NCBI GenBank assembly: GCA_001643675.2
Contig: LSRY02000029.1
Coordinates: forward strand, 682,001-746,000
DNA length: 64,000 nt
Reading direction: 5' to 3'
Origin: Monocercomonoides exilis PA203
Taxonomy: Eukaryota; Protista; Preaxostyla
Both the position numbers and the translations under genes were made by a program. Shown here piece by piece: positions 49,724-63,500 of this stretch; position 1 is the stretch's first letter; every line of letters begins with the position of its first letter. Under the pieces are notes generated by a model that did not search any database, was not told where the DNA came from, and saw only the letters and a list, made by a program, of their open reading frames with translations.

Positions 49724-50944
49724 AATCTTTCTTTATTCACAAAAAATCAATGTTAATCATGACAATAAAAAAATCAATCCACACGTTTTCAAAATTATTC
49801 TTTCGAAAAATCTTGCAGAAAATTTTGTTAAACAATGTAATTTAAAAAGGTTGTTAATAAAAATCCGGATAGCATTTTTTCGCATTAGCATTTGAAAACT
49901 TTTATAATTGTGTAAACGAAATATCAAAATAACTCTTCAGTTGTGAACTTCATTCCAAAATCTTAAACTAATGAACAACTCACATTGAGAATAATCAAAA
50001 ATGGGTTGTTGAAAATTTTCAAGCAAAAAACTTTGTTTTCATATCTTCAAATTTTGATTTTGTTAATAGAGATTTTTATTGATAATATTCATTAAAATGT
50101 TATTTGTTAGAAAATGATAAATGATGTGTTTTTGTTTTTGAGAATAATTCTAAAACATATTGTGACAATCGTTTCTTTAACAAGTACAATTATGAAAATA
50201 TATTCAGTTTATTGATATTGGTCTCTTAATTGGCATAATATCGTGCAAAAAATATTTTTCGATTAAAAACGATATTTTTATATGACAATTTTTTGTTCAC
50301 ATTTTCTTCACTTCACTCCTATTTTGAAATAGATTCCACTTGCATTTTTATTGGAAATGAAATGAAATTTCTTGATTAATGTGGTATTTACCATTGCATC
50401 TTAAAAAAATGAAAGCTAGCTATTCTTATTGAAAACTTAATGACAAAATAAAACAAATAATCTAAAAAAATTATTTCCAATATCTTAATCTCTGAAGAAA
50501 GATTTGGTAAAATGATGATGGTATTGGAATTTTCTTTCAAAAAGTTCAATTATATTATAAAAAACAGATATTTTAATATCACTCAAAAAATTTTTTTTGT
50601 TTAAAAAAATTTTTTTTAAAATAGGAAGGAGGGGTGGAGAGAGAAATATTTACGACAAAAGAGTCTTGAGAATCAATTTGATAATTCAGGCTCATCGAGA
50701 ATAAATAACTTTTCAAAAAGAGCACACAGTGATGGACATTAATAGTTTGCATTTAATTATTGCTTGATGATGAGGAGATTGTTTTTAGGCTCTTTCTCCT
50801 CTGACAAGTTTTTTTTTTTCACAACAGGATCATCTCATTTTTTCGTTACAAATCTTCATTTATCATCAATGAGAACAAACAGGTTTCGTTCATAATGTGA
50901 TTCCCCATCCAAATCGTTCAATTGTAGAAAAGTTTTCAATTTCA

Positions 50945-53900
50945 TCACAAGAGCACCTCATCCCTGTTGAGCTCCCGCTGCTTTGCTTTCTTCTCCTTCA
51001 CATGGTCAAAATAACGCTGGGCAGTCTCTGTCTGCATATCTGTGTCTCTCTCTGGATCATTCAGCAGAGCAAGAGCCGAAGACGCACCTTCCACCAAAAC
51101 TGATAGACCGGACACAAAGTCCTCTTGGTTGTGCAAGAGATATTCCACAAGCTGACTCTTCTTCGTTTCCAGCTCTACCAAAAATTCTGCATGAGTCTTC
51201 TCCAAAGCGCTGTACGATTCCGTCGACTCATTCAGAAGTGACAAAATCTTCTCGTTGCCTTCTGGTCGATATTTCACAAGCTGAGTGATCTCTTCGTTCA
51301 CATCATTAAACTTTATCTGAAAATCGATTCTTCTGCCAAGAAAGTCTGAAAACTCAGATGAAAGTCTACGCATTTAATCGATTTTTTCCGCTGAAACATC
51401 CACGCTTTGAGTCGTCTAAGTCAGCGATTCAACAATTATTATTATCAGATAACAAAGTTCAGCATCAAGTCGATTCGCAAAGGCAGTCCGCCACTACAAA
51501 AGCTGAACAAAGAACTCAAGAATGACAGAGGTGAACGAAAGCACAACTGACGAGCTGACTAACGATGTATAAAATAAAGTGACAAGGTTTGCAATCAGCG
51601 TCTCGGGTGGCGGTTGGATCAGAACAGAACCTGATCGCGCAATTCCCATTGAAATCTTTTCGAGTGAAAGCACATTCCGCGAAATTGCTCCGATTGAGCG
51701 GGAAATGCTGTTGTGTGACACTGGTCCATATTCACTCATAGAAGAAGTTGAATATGATAAAGAAGAAGGTTGCATGAATGTCATAATTGAGGAAGGCAGA
51801 GAAGATTCAGTAGATAATGGAGAATATCTATAGTTTTAGAGCTCAGAAGTTGAAGATGAGGAAACAGAGTCAACAAAGGCAGAGGTGTACGTGTTGGTTG
51901 ACGAAACTGTTATTGACTCTGATGAGACTGTTGCAATTGAAGACGTTGAGCCACCAGAATGTGAAAGACCACCGCCCATTCTGTTGAATTCGATTAGGCC
52001 AATTTCATCTCCTTTATGCTTCTTCGCATCTCCTCTGAAACTAAATGGAATCTTCTTCTCAGACAGCAAATCGAGGGAATAAGGCTGTGACGCAGATGCG
52101 CTTGCTCCAAATGAACTGAATTGTTGTTGTTGTCTTTGCTGTTGTTAGATCACTTGTTGAGAATGGATGTTTTCTGTTGACTTCAGCGTAGACAGTTCAT
52201 ACGAACTGAAGATGTGCAAAACAATGTGCAGCAACTTCTCCAACATTGTTATCTTCTTCATTCCTCTGAGCAGATACTCTCTCTCCGCTTCGAAAAGCTG
52301 CATTATCAGCTCCGTCATGTCCATCTTCGAGTATGCCTGGTGGATGTGTGTTGGAAGCGACACAACTAACACAAACCGCATTTCGCAAAAGCTGCACACA
52401 TATGGCTGGTCATCTGGAACGGACTGAAGAGGAGATGTTGGATCGGGAGTTACTCCTAACTCCACCACGTCAAACTTGAGCTGCTTGTTCTTTAAAAAGA
52501 AAATAATATTCTGCTCGTGTGTCAATGCACGAACAGGCTGATGCGAGCTGACAGATGAAAACGATCTGTGGTTGAACCTGCCACATGCACGGAAAGAGAA
52601 GGAGCTGTTTCGAGAATGCCCAAAGGACTGGCGAAAAAACGAGGCTGTTGAGCTTCGTGATGTTGTTAATGAAAAAAACACAGAAAGAGAAGCCGATCGG
52701 TGAAATGGTATCTGCTGTCCAGTCGACTGAAAAAACATTGGAGCTGCAGACTGAATGAGAGTGGAAAAAGCAAAAGTCGAAACGAAAATGCTCAAGTTGA
52801 TGGTGCATAGCCTGTTTCGATGATATATTGGTCAGAAAAGAGCGAGGCAAACGTTGATTGTCTGTTTTGAGAGAAGGAAAACTGGTTCTTGTGCGAAATC
52901 TGATGATGGGAAATATGCTCCAATGGATTTGGTGGTGTACTCAGCGACAGAGATGTGCTGTTCGGAGGAGAGCCAATCAAAGAAAGCTTTTCTGTTGTTT
53001 GCGCTGATGAGGCATGTCTCATCCACTGAATATAAAATGATTTTTAAAAGGAAAGAATTGCAGGAGTTTTGAGCCTCCCAGCCGAATTGATAATCTTTGA
53101 CGTGACTGCTTTTCAAATACTGATATTTCCCTTCTTTCATCATTCCATCCTGCCCCACCATTAAACCCAGATGAATGGTGTGAATGTGAAGCACCATCAC
53201 TTCCTTCTCCCTGTTTAAGAAATAGCGACTCGTACAGTTGTGAAACGTGCAAATTGGGCAGGTAACGATGATGAGTGGATGAGCGCACCGCCATCTCTGC
53301 TCGTCACACACTTAAACAGGATTGGACTTGAACAGAAGATCGAAAAAATAAAACGTCGGTTAAGCTCTTCCACAAATTATGTGACGCTCCGCAAGGAATC
53401 CACAACTTATATCGTTTTCTTTAGAAAAGCACGGCTTCTTGATAACTAATTCCAGATATGTGGAGGCATTTTTTCATGTTCGGCATTGCCAATTTGCTCG
53501 GAATGTTCAGAGTTGTCTGCATCAGCCCCCATCTTGTCGTTTTGCAGTATGTTGTTGGTTGAATACTACAGCGGAGCAAACAGGTTAGTCTTTCCAGGAA
53601 GTGTTGTGGCTGATGATGCATTTTCCTTTTCTGCAAGGCGGAATCCTTCCATTTCCAATGTCTCAAGTGTTGTTTCTCCAGATATCATTGAAAATATTCT
53701 GTTCAACGCATCCGAATGAGGATCACTGATGAGAAAAATATTTGTATCGTTTATTCTGATTTGAACTTCTTCTGTTCTCCTGTATTTTTTCCTTGAATAA
53801 TGACATTTCTTGTTTATCAGTTCTGACAAAAAAATATTCACAATATCGTCTTCGAATTTTGCATTGATTTGCTCAGCAGTTTCAAGCCCCAATTCTTGTT

Positions 53901-54050
53901 CAAATGTTTACGATTCATTCAGTCAGTTCTTTATCAACTTCTTCAAGAACTTTTCCGAATGAAAGTTTCCAAAATGACACAATTTCAAGATATGAATGTA
54001 TAAATCAGTTTGAACTTCAAATTTTAGTCTGAGTGTGCAAGTTTTATTTT
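50945..54050 (-). pseudogene. Degraded gene with several C2H2-like zinc fingers and a coiled-coil C-terminus
   Basis: CPIC...LHIHTIH (52832-53311) and YVCSFCEMRF...THIHQAY (52145-52795). Collinear ORF pieces are broken by TAA/TAG/TGA stops and frameshifts. Confidence 0.55.
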
Positions 54051-54116
54051 TTTTTTCATTAATAATAAAGAATAAATAACGAATATTCATGTTTGGAAAT
54101 TTTTTTGTTATTTTCA

Positions 54117-57100
54117 AAGATCATGGCAATTTGGGCATGAATTGTTTTTGTTTTGTTCAGCACAACTTGATCAAAAATACAAATTAGAATAGGAAAATAA
54201 AGTTTTTTGGATCGCGCAAAATGCACAAGTTATTTGTATATTTCTGATCAAAAATCACTTTAAAACATTTTTTCCTGTTTTCATTTTCTATTCATCTTAG
54301 TGAAAGAGGTTTAAAACAGCACTGAATTCATTATTTGAAATTTCATAATTTTGTATTTTCATTATTTTTAACTATCTTTAATCAATATTTATTTCTTGCT
54401 GATAAAATTGAAGAAAAGATATTTTTCTATGTTCAATACTGGAAGAAAACATCATGGAATGAGCAGGAAGTCAATTAAAGCAGACGTTGACAGCATCGAA
54501 GAATTGCTTCGTAATATGCCATACGATAGAGCCTTGCTTGTGTTTACGAAGTTCGTGAATGAAAACGATTTAGGCAAATTGCTTTGTTTTGATTACATGA
54601 AATCACCTCTTTGTTTGTTTTTTTATTGTAATGATTCTAAATTTTTTTTCATCATTTTCCTTTGTGCTAACATTTTTTCCTAATTTATAAATTTATCTTT
54701 CTTTCGAAACCTTCTTTGAAGCACCTCTCACGTGTCTTGTGAAAGAATTGAAGTTTGCATTCAATGATGCTTCTGCTCCCATCAAGAATAAGATGATTAT
54801 TGCATTAACAGAAAATTATACACAAAAGGAATTACGAAATGAATACGGATACAATATAGAAATATCCTTATATGATGATGCTAATTGGATTCAACAAAGA
54901 AAAAGGAAACTGCTTCCGAAAGAAAAAACATTTAGAAGAAGTGAAATAAATGAAAATTTCAGTAAGGAATTCTTGCTCAGTTTTGATGAAGAAAGCGACA
55001 CATCATCGAGCAGGAGATATGACGAAGAAGATAAAAGAAAAGAAGCATTTTCATTTAACCCTCTTCATGTTCAGTCTTCTTCTTCATCGTTGACTTCATT
55101 TCCTTCTCCTTTCTCATCTCCGCCTTCCATCTCACCTGACTCTCCTTTCAACACATTTCCTTTATCCTCATTCGTTCCTTTTTCTTCAGAAAAAATTTCT
55201 TCATCTTTAGCTCATTCTTCATCAAGTGCTTCTCTTCCTTTGCCATCCACTTCATCACTTTTTCATGAGCCTTCTCTAACAGAGAAAAAACGCAACAAAT
55301 TGCCTGAAAATATTACTTCAAAAAATATTTCGATTCCTTCTATTTCTGTTCCAGTCTCATCAGTTGCATCTCCACTGGGAAATACATCAACAATCTCATT
55401 TTCTTCATTCACTTCGAGTTCTTCATTCATTCATTCAACATTGCCACAATTGAAGAATAATACTGATCAATCAATGATGTCAAAGTTTCCGTCATCATCA
55501 AATGATAATAACTCTTCGGCTTCAAATCCTTCTCAGCCATTGTTATCTTCTTCATTGCATTTATCCTCTTCTTCTTCCTCACCCAACTCCTTCACCAACA
55601 TCTCCTCTTTCCCCATCATTTCCGTACCCGATGTCTCTTCTCCTCCATCTTCATCCCCTTTCCCCGCATCCCTTGAACGCAATTCATCTTCTTCCACTTA
55701 CTCTTCATCTTGTCCTTTTTTAACTTCTTCCTCTTCTTCTTCACTTGGAACACCACTTATCTTCTCCTCATCATTATCTGCTTCAGTTGATCGCTCATTT
55801 CCTCCGCCTAACGTGAGCAATATTAACTCTGAAAGTGATCTTTCCAATGTATCATATCATTCTCATGCGAACACTTCTTCATTGAAAAATGAGATCAATT
55901 CTACTTCCTCCTCATCCTCTCCTTTTGCATCAGCTTCCTCAGCAACAACAACTTCAGCTCAGCCTTCTTCTCTGTCTCCTTCCTCATCACCGGCTGCAGA
56001 AGCTGTTTCAACTTCAACTTCTATCCAAGCATCATCAACTTCTGCACTTCCTCCTTTGCCTCTGTTATCATCATCTTCCTCTTCCTCTTCCTCATTATCC
56101 TTTTCTTCCTCTTCTTCTCCTCCTCCTCCTCCTTCTTTTAATTCTATTCCTAATTATTCATTTATTACTTCATCATCTTCTTCTGTATCCTCCTCCTCCT
56201 CTTCTTGTTCTCCTTCACCATCCTCTTCTTCATTGCAACTTCACCAAACTTTACCATCCACACAAAAAGATCTTATTTCTTCATCTTTTTTCTCTTCTTC
56301 TTCTGAACCGCCTCACACTTCTTCATCTTCTTCCTCTTCCTCTTCCTCTTCCTCTTCCTCTTCCTCTTCCTCTTCCTCTTCCTCTTCCTCTTCCTCTTCC
56401 TCTTCCTCTTCCTCTTCCTCTTCCTCTTCCTCTTCCTCATCTCCCTCATCTCCCTCATCTCCCTCCCTCCCTCCCTCCCCTCCCTCCTCTCCATTTTCAG
56501 CAACTGAAGACGGTTCTTTTCATTTATCAGAATGTTCTGTGAAGACTCCATTCCAAAATGAAAAATCCACAAGAACCTTTCAAACAGTTATTCAAGAATC
56601 GCTTTTTGCGTTCTCTTCTTCCCCAACTTCAGAAGCATTCACAGCATCTTCTCCTTTTGATTCAAATTCTTCATCACCTTCAGGAAACACACCACAATCA
56701 TCACTGCTGTTTTTAAACGCGAAAAATTCAACATCTCACGCATATCATAATTTTTCTTTGTCCTCTCTGCAGAATTCTCCATCATTTGCTCCAGAACAAT
56801 CATCTTTCTCACAACCACCAACTGTCCCAATAGAAAAGACAATTTCTCCATCTTCTTCAATTGATAGAATAGTTGATTATCTTAATAATTTTCATTTTGA
56901 AGATGAAGAAAATATTGAAAAAAGAAAGAAAGATTCAAACGAACTATTAAAACCTTTTTCATATACACTCAAACGGGATGATGAAATCGAAGAGAAATCA
57001 CGTTCATGTGTGTTGCAACAATTGGAGTCGAAAAGAGGGCTTGTGAACACAGGAAGTGTCTGTTCATTATCTTCTGTTTGTCAATGTTTCGCTGCACTTG

Positions 57101-58315
57101 ACATTAACAGCAATCAAGTTGAAATGATGAACGATGAACAAGTAGAGTTCATTCAATTATTCGAAATGCTCCGGAAGTCAAAAAAGAACAGCAAAGTTTG
57201 GAATGGAACAGTTATATGGAACTTTTACGAATTGAAAATTGGACCAAGAAATGTGGCACAAAAACTGACTGATGTTTTTGACAAAATGTTGGATATGTTG
57301 TCGGATAAAAAGAATAAAATCTATCATATGTTTTCAATCTACAGCCAAAACGTTCGTGAATGCACTCATTGTGAAAATTTCTTAGTCTCGAATCGTGAAA
57401 CGAGGTATTATTTCACAATAAATGGATCTGACATTATCGGAGGCCTGTTAAAATTACTAACAAACATTAATCTTATCACAGAACAACGAAATCGAAGGTG
57501 TAATAGGTGTGAAACGGACAAACCCTGTATTCCTTTCGTGCGTTTTGTATCATTTCCAGATATTCTTACAATTAATCATAATGTCAATGAATCTTTCAGG
57601 GTTGTCGCACCTCCAAAATCGATTGTGTTTGTAGAAAAGGGACCGGGACCGAATGACATGGAAATAAATAACCCATTTAAGTTCAAGGAAGAAAGGGATC
57701 TGATTTTGAAGGATATTGAGCGATCTATCGTTTATGATTTGGTTGGTTGCATAATTCACTCAACAGCAATATACGAGCAAGGTCATTTTATTGCGATTGT
57801 CAAAAAGGATGTGAATAGACCGTCATATTCTTCAATTTTTTTGGAGTGCAATGATAATAGCGTGTCAGAAATAATTCCAGACAAATGGGAGGAATACTGG
57901 ATTTTAATGTCACAAGAAAATTGGAAACCTTCACTTTCTTTTTATAAAAAAGTCATGTGACATATTTCACACTTCAAATTTATTGCTAATGCTTGTTTTT
58001 TCTCACTTCAGTTTTTGAAACAATAATTAATAAAAAAAAAAAAAAGAAAAAGAAATAGAAAAAAAGAAATTCATTTGAATAATTCGATAAAAATAACAAA
58101 AAGTTAATTATTAAATAATTAAAAATAAATAAAGAAAAACAAAAAAAAAAAATAAAATTAAATAGAATATTCAATATTAATGATCACAAAAAAACCAAAT
58201 TATTTGTGCATTTTGGTCAACATTGAAAGTCGCATATTCTATGCTTAATGAGCTGATAGTTTAATATAATGATGTTTTGAGCAAAAATTTGAAATGCCAA
58301 AAACGCCATGATCTT
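54117..58315 (+). mobile_element. Non-autonomous relative (element 2): imperfect ~135-bp TIRs, TTCA target-site duplication, USP cargo without transposase core
   Basis: ttca|AAGATCATGGC...GCCATGATCTT|ttca (TSD at 54113-54116 and 58316-58319). End units 54117-54250 and 58181-58315 resemble the element 1 TIR subunits. Confidence 0.88.
54429..57960 (+). CDS. Transposase-derived N-terminal domain, Ser-rich linker and USP (C19) domain, ~1140 aa, 2 exons
   Basis: Exons 54429-54612 and 54722-57960 (GTTTG...AAG intron, phase 1). Motifs GLVNTGSVCSLSSVCQC, CTHC/CNRC, FPDILTI, GHFIAIV, LECNDNSV and PSLSFYKK, then stop. Confidence 0.85.
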
Positions 58316-58835
58316 TTCAATTAATAAATTTTTTTGAAAAAATATAAGATAAATCAATTTTCAAATATTTCGTTCAGTTGATGATAATTGCCTTTGTAAT
58401 TTAATATGAAAGTAATGCTATTGAATTGCCAATAATCTTCGCAAGCATCATCTTCGTATTCTTCTTTTTCCTTTCGATTTATTATTTTTTAATTTTTTCC
58501 CGCAATTTTCGTCATGGTTGTAATAATGTCTTTTTTGTATAAGTTTCATTTGTTGCATAATAGTGTTATCATCTTCTCAACAGGAGATGAGCGGAAGATG
58601 GAGCTGCTTGAATAGATCAAAACCAAAGACACGAGCTAATCGAACAGCAGTTCATCGGAACTCGTGAATTTGATATTATGTTTGAAACAGGTTCTTCCAG
58701 AGATTCATGCTCTGAGGGTCCTGAAGAAAGGAAAGAAGAGGAGAAAGAGGAAGGCAATGGAACAGGTTTGGGAAAACGAGGAAGTGGAAGGAGCAACAGA
58801 AAAAGAGATTGAGAACGAAAAAGGGGGGCAGAAAA

Positions 58836-58910
58836 AAAAGAAAAGAAAAGAAAAGAAAAGAAAAGAAAAGAAAAGAAAAGAAAAGAAAAGAAAAGAAAAG
58901 AAAAGAAAAG
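58836..58910. repeat. (AAAAG)15 microsatellite
   Basis: Direct reading. Confidence 0.95.
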
Positions 58911-59278
58911 AAACAGAAAAATTTCACAAAGGCACAGATGGTTGAGGAGTCTAAATGGAAGGATGAAGCAAAAGGATATATCATTAATTCCAGTCACAAA
59001 TCGTATTCAGCTGAAGTAGATGCGATTTGAGGAAACAAAGAACAAAAACTTGGACAAGATCTGCCATCTGCAATCGCTCCTGAAGGAGAAGAAGAATGAG
59101 GAACAAGGAATAAGAGTCCTGAGGAAAGGAGGAGAGGAATGGCGTCAAGAGTGTCTGTGGTTTAAAGGATGTTTGACAAGCGGGACGAGGCAGATGACAA
59201 AGAGGAGAAGGTCAACATTTTCCATATGCACTTTATGCGAAGAATACTCAGCATGTTAACTGCGATTTCTCTTCTCTT

Positions 59279-59653
59279 GTGCATGCTCCACAGCCTTCGT
59301 CCGATCCACAGCACGCTATGAATTTGTTCCAGAGGCAACAGCAGCAAGAGCAGGAGCGGACCGCTGAGATTCCTCAGGTTAGCAGCGATTGCGCGCTGTA
59401 TATTTTGTGTGCGGTGCGGTACGTGGACACGAACCTCTTCTATGTGCTAAACGAGAACTGGATTGTTTATGACGGCAGACTCACTGTCGATGAGAAGTGG
59501 GCGACGAACGACCTGCTCATTTTAGGTGCGGACCCCCTTGCAAAGTTCTTAAACCTGCACTGTTATCCGCGCAGCCTGGGAGGATACAACAGAAGAGAAT
59601 GTGTAAGCTTCGTGAGGTTATATTTGAGTCACAACACGCAGACCAGTTACTGA
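59279..59653 (+). pseudogene. Fragment resembling the C-terminal part of axonemal CFAP61/FAP61
   Basis: VDTNLFYVLNENWIVYDGRLTVDEKWATNDLLILGADPLAKF matches the recalled CFAP61 pattern (F.A.ND..LVYD.RLVID..F.TND..I.AAG.L.KF). Flanking frames are broken. Confidence 0.55.
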
Positions 59654-60545
59654 TGAATGTGGAAGAAGCAGAAGAGGAAGAGGGGGAAATGGAAACATCA
59701 GTGGGATCAATTTGTCTGCGTTGGATTCTTCGCTGTTTGTGTCAAATGGGGCAGAAACGCTGACAAAAAAGAATATCATACGACCAAAGAAGATTGCGAT
59801 CGAAAAAAAGACATAATTTATATCATTGGAGGAGTTTGGAGAAGAGTCGAAGTTGAGCGAGCGCAGAGCAGCAAGCTTTGCAAGAACAGCAAGTGAATAC
59901 AGCAATTATCGCGGAAATTGAGTTTTTCCATTCAATGTTGCCAGATTTCTCGAAGAAGAGATAAGTCAGGAAAGCGGAGATGGTGAAGGAGGTTGAGGAG
60001 ATTCTTAACTCAGCGAGAGAAAAGAAAAGAGTTTCAGACGGATCTACTTTTGCAATGGAGAAGATCTGAAGCGATGTGGTGTGAGTTGAAATTTTCTTTT
60101 AATAATAACAAAGAATTATTGTGTGTTTATTTTTTAATGTATTTTTGAATTTTTGAAATTTTCTGAACTTTTTTCCATCATTTATTATGAACTTCATCTT
60201 TTTTATGTGTGTTGACAGCAACGTCCATTTTGTGAATGTGCTTATTTTCAATCTTCATCGAATTTTTTGTATGTGTCACATCTGCATGAAAATCACCGAT
60301 TCATTCAATCTTTCCAGTCAGATTGGACTCATTCAAACAATTGCTAATAAGCTCTATACAAGATACGATGAAAGAGCAATTCATCATTTAATAAGGTTTG
60401 AAATTTTTTTTGATTATTGTTATTATTGTTTTTATCGTATTTCTTGTTTTTCTATTTTTTATTTTTTCAAACTCTTATTTTAATTTTTTTCAATTAATTG
60501 ATACATAAACTGATGAACTATCCCTTTTCATGTTTTTTTATACAG

Positions 60546-63500
60546 ATTCTTTTTCTAAGTTTGAGCACTGTGTCTAAACCACAACCGCTTCACATCATTT
60601 CTATCATCATTGGAATCAGAGCTGATGAAAAAGAATGAACCAGGAACTCTCTTCTGCGCATTTGGCTTCCACTATTGTCACTGTGTTGCAGCTGACTGTT
60701 CATTCCACATGAAACCAGACTTCCTCTTCTCACAGACCACTAAACATTTCTTCTCTTCGTCATCAATGCCTTCTTCTTCTTCTTCCTTCTCAAATCAGTC
60801 ATACACAAACAGCTTTGTTGTTTCCTTGATCGAGTAAGTCATGTGCGCTTCTCAAAAAGCAGGAATTATCTCCTCTTTCCAATAAAAGTTCTCCTCTTTC
60901 AATGTCACTCCTTATCTTCTGTGAATGACACTCCATTCAAACACCACAGATCTCCTTCTCCTCCTCTCTTCTTTCTCTCTTTGCCTCAATAAATGATTCA
61001 GCTTCCACCAAAAACTCCCTTGCCTCAAATATCCTAGGCAGATAGAACATCTTTTTTGTGTAACATCACAAGCACAACCAGAGCTTCCACGAGCCATCAA
61101 TATGTGGATTTTTGCAGATCTTCAACATCTTCCAACTCATCCCAACGTTCTTCTTCTTTTACAAGAACCTCCTTCCACCAAAAGAACATCAATGAACAGA
61201 TCGCTCAATTCTTCCCATCGTATTCATATGTTTTCACGCCTGAAGCGCATTCCTTAATCAATAACGTCGTCTCTTCCTTCCTCTCTCCAAACTTTGCACC
61301 ACCGCTGCTGGGCGTTTCAAGCACAGGTATTTATTAACAAAAAGACAATAGACAGAAAAATGGAGTCTTTTGCATCATTTATTTTATATAGCTAACAGCA
61401 GCGTCGGATGATGAGTTGAAGAAATTATTGTTCCCAAATGAGAAATTCATTAATGATATGGAGGTTATTTAGAGAAAGAAGGAGGAAGAGAGAAGGAGAG
61501 AGAAAAAGTGAAAAAGAAGGAAGAGAAATTGAAAAGACTGAAAATGAAGATAAAGAGATGTTTACGAAGCAATGCAGATGAAACATCATCACTTTCTTCT
61601 TCTGCTTTTTCTTCTTTACCAAATTCTGTTCTGAAGCTGCTCTTGCATCAAATCATCGCTTCTGCCACTCCTCTGCTCCAATCAGCGAAAACGAGAGCCT
61701 TCGGCATTTGGTTGCAGATTATTCCAATGACAGACGATTTGACAGAAGAATGTGTGTTTCCGGTGTGCGAATGTTTATGAGATAGAAACAGACAAATGAA
61801 GTAGAACAGGCATAGTCATAGAAATAAGCATTATCATTGACATCAATACGGAAATCATCATCATCATCATATTTTTCTTCATCTTCCTCTTCATCCGAAC
61901 AGTCAGAAGTGAATTCATCACAAGAAATAGCAGAAAAAGCAGAAATTGATGAAATCATAAATGGCTTCAAAAGAAAACATGCTCCGCGTCTGCCGCTTCC
62001 TGTGATCCTTCCGCCACAAGAAGCAACTCTGCAGAATCCATCTTATGTGCCTCGAAGACAAAGACAGAGAAAAAGCAATCAAAATTCAACACAAACCTTT
62101 TTGACACATTCAATTGCTGGTGTTGGCACAGGAACAGGCACATCTCCTTCTTCATTGCCCAATGAATCTTTTCTTTCTCTTCCTCAATCATCTCCTTCAC
62201 CCTCTCCTTCATCTTCCTCTTCCTCCTCTTCATCTTCATCTTCCTCATCTTCTCCAGCAGTAACTGACCTCTCTCTCCATCCAAAACCACCTCATCGTTC
62301 TGAAATTGCTATGGCTCGCCGCATAAGAGCAATGCATCCTCTCCTCCGCCGACGCTATCTCAACCGCTGTGCACAAGTGGCTGCTGCTTCTGGCGCTTCA
62401 CGTTCTTCTTCTTCCTCCTCTTCTTCCTCCTCTTCTTCTTCTTCCTCGTTGCTTCGCTCTTATAGAAACAGATTTCTGACAAGCGAAGAGCAGCAGATGA
62501 GGAGGATGAGGCAGCAGTTCGGAAGAAGAAGGAAAAGACAATATTTTGTTCTGTCACCAGATGCGTTTGAGGCGCTGCCGTTGTTTGCAGAGTTTCGGAT
62601 GGTGGAGCGGTATACGAAGAACCTTGAGAAAAGGAAGAAGTTGAAGGCAATACAGATGAAGGAAAAGACGAAAATCAAAAAGTAATTTTGGATGATTCAA
62701 TGAACAACCGCAAAGAAGTTGCTTGAAAAGCAAAGACAATAAAAAAGAAGCAGAAAAGAATACAAACGCAAAAGAATCAATAAGAAACGGCAAAAAAGAC
62801 GAAACGCATTCAGATGAGCCAAAACCAGAGCCTCTTTCATAACAATCCAAGCAAAAACAGAAGCAGCAGCAGTAACAGAACAACAACTCCATCTCCCCCA
62901 CCTTCACCTTCTCCACAACCTAAACAAAACTCTTCAGAACGAGGCGCCTTTGGAACGATACACTTTACACGAGGGAAGCGAATGGACGGTTAATGAAGAG
63001 GAGTTGGAGGGAGAGCGTTGATTGTGTTCAGCCAAGAGATGGAGATGGGGAGAGGAGCTGTTGGTGCACCAATAAAGCTTCCATCAACAGTTGTTGTTGT
63101 TGGAGGAGGAGAAGTGGTGGCGTTGGGTGTTATGGGGATGAAGTATTTGAATAAAGAAGTGACAAAGGAGATGCCAGGTGAGTTTCAGAATGAGAAAGGG
63201 AAAGTGGACGATGAAGAGGCGAAGATCATGTTCAGATTATTGGAATCTGATGATCAGAGAGATAAACTGCTTCCGCTGATGATAAAGCAGGAGATACAAA
63301 AGAAGAAGAAGAAGAAAGAAGAGCGGGAGCGCAGGAAAATGGAGAAAGAAGAAAAAGACAAAAATCTGTAAAGCAAAATTAAAGGAATACTGCAACCTTA
63401 CATTGAGACAGGCACGCCAACCAACCAGAAAGAGAACAAAATGACAAGCGAGGCGCAGCAAGAGGCGAAAGAAAGTCAAACGCCAATTTTGACAAGAGAG

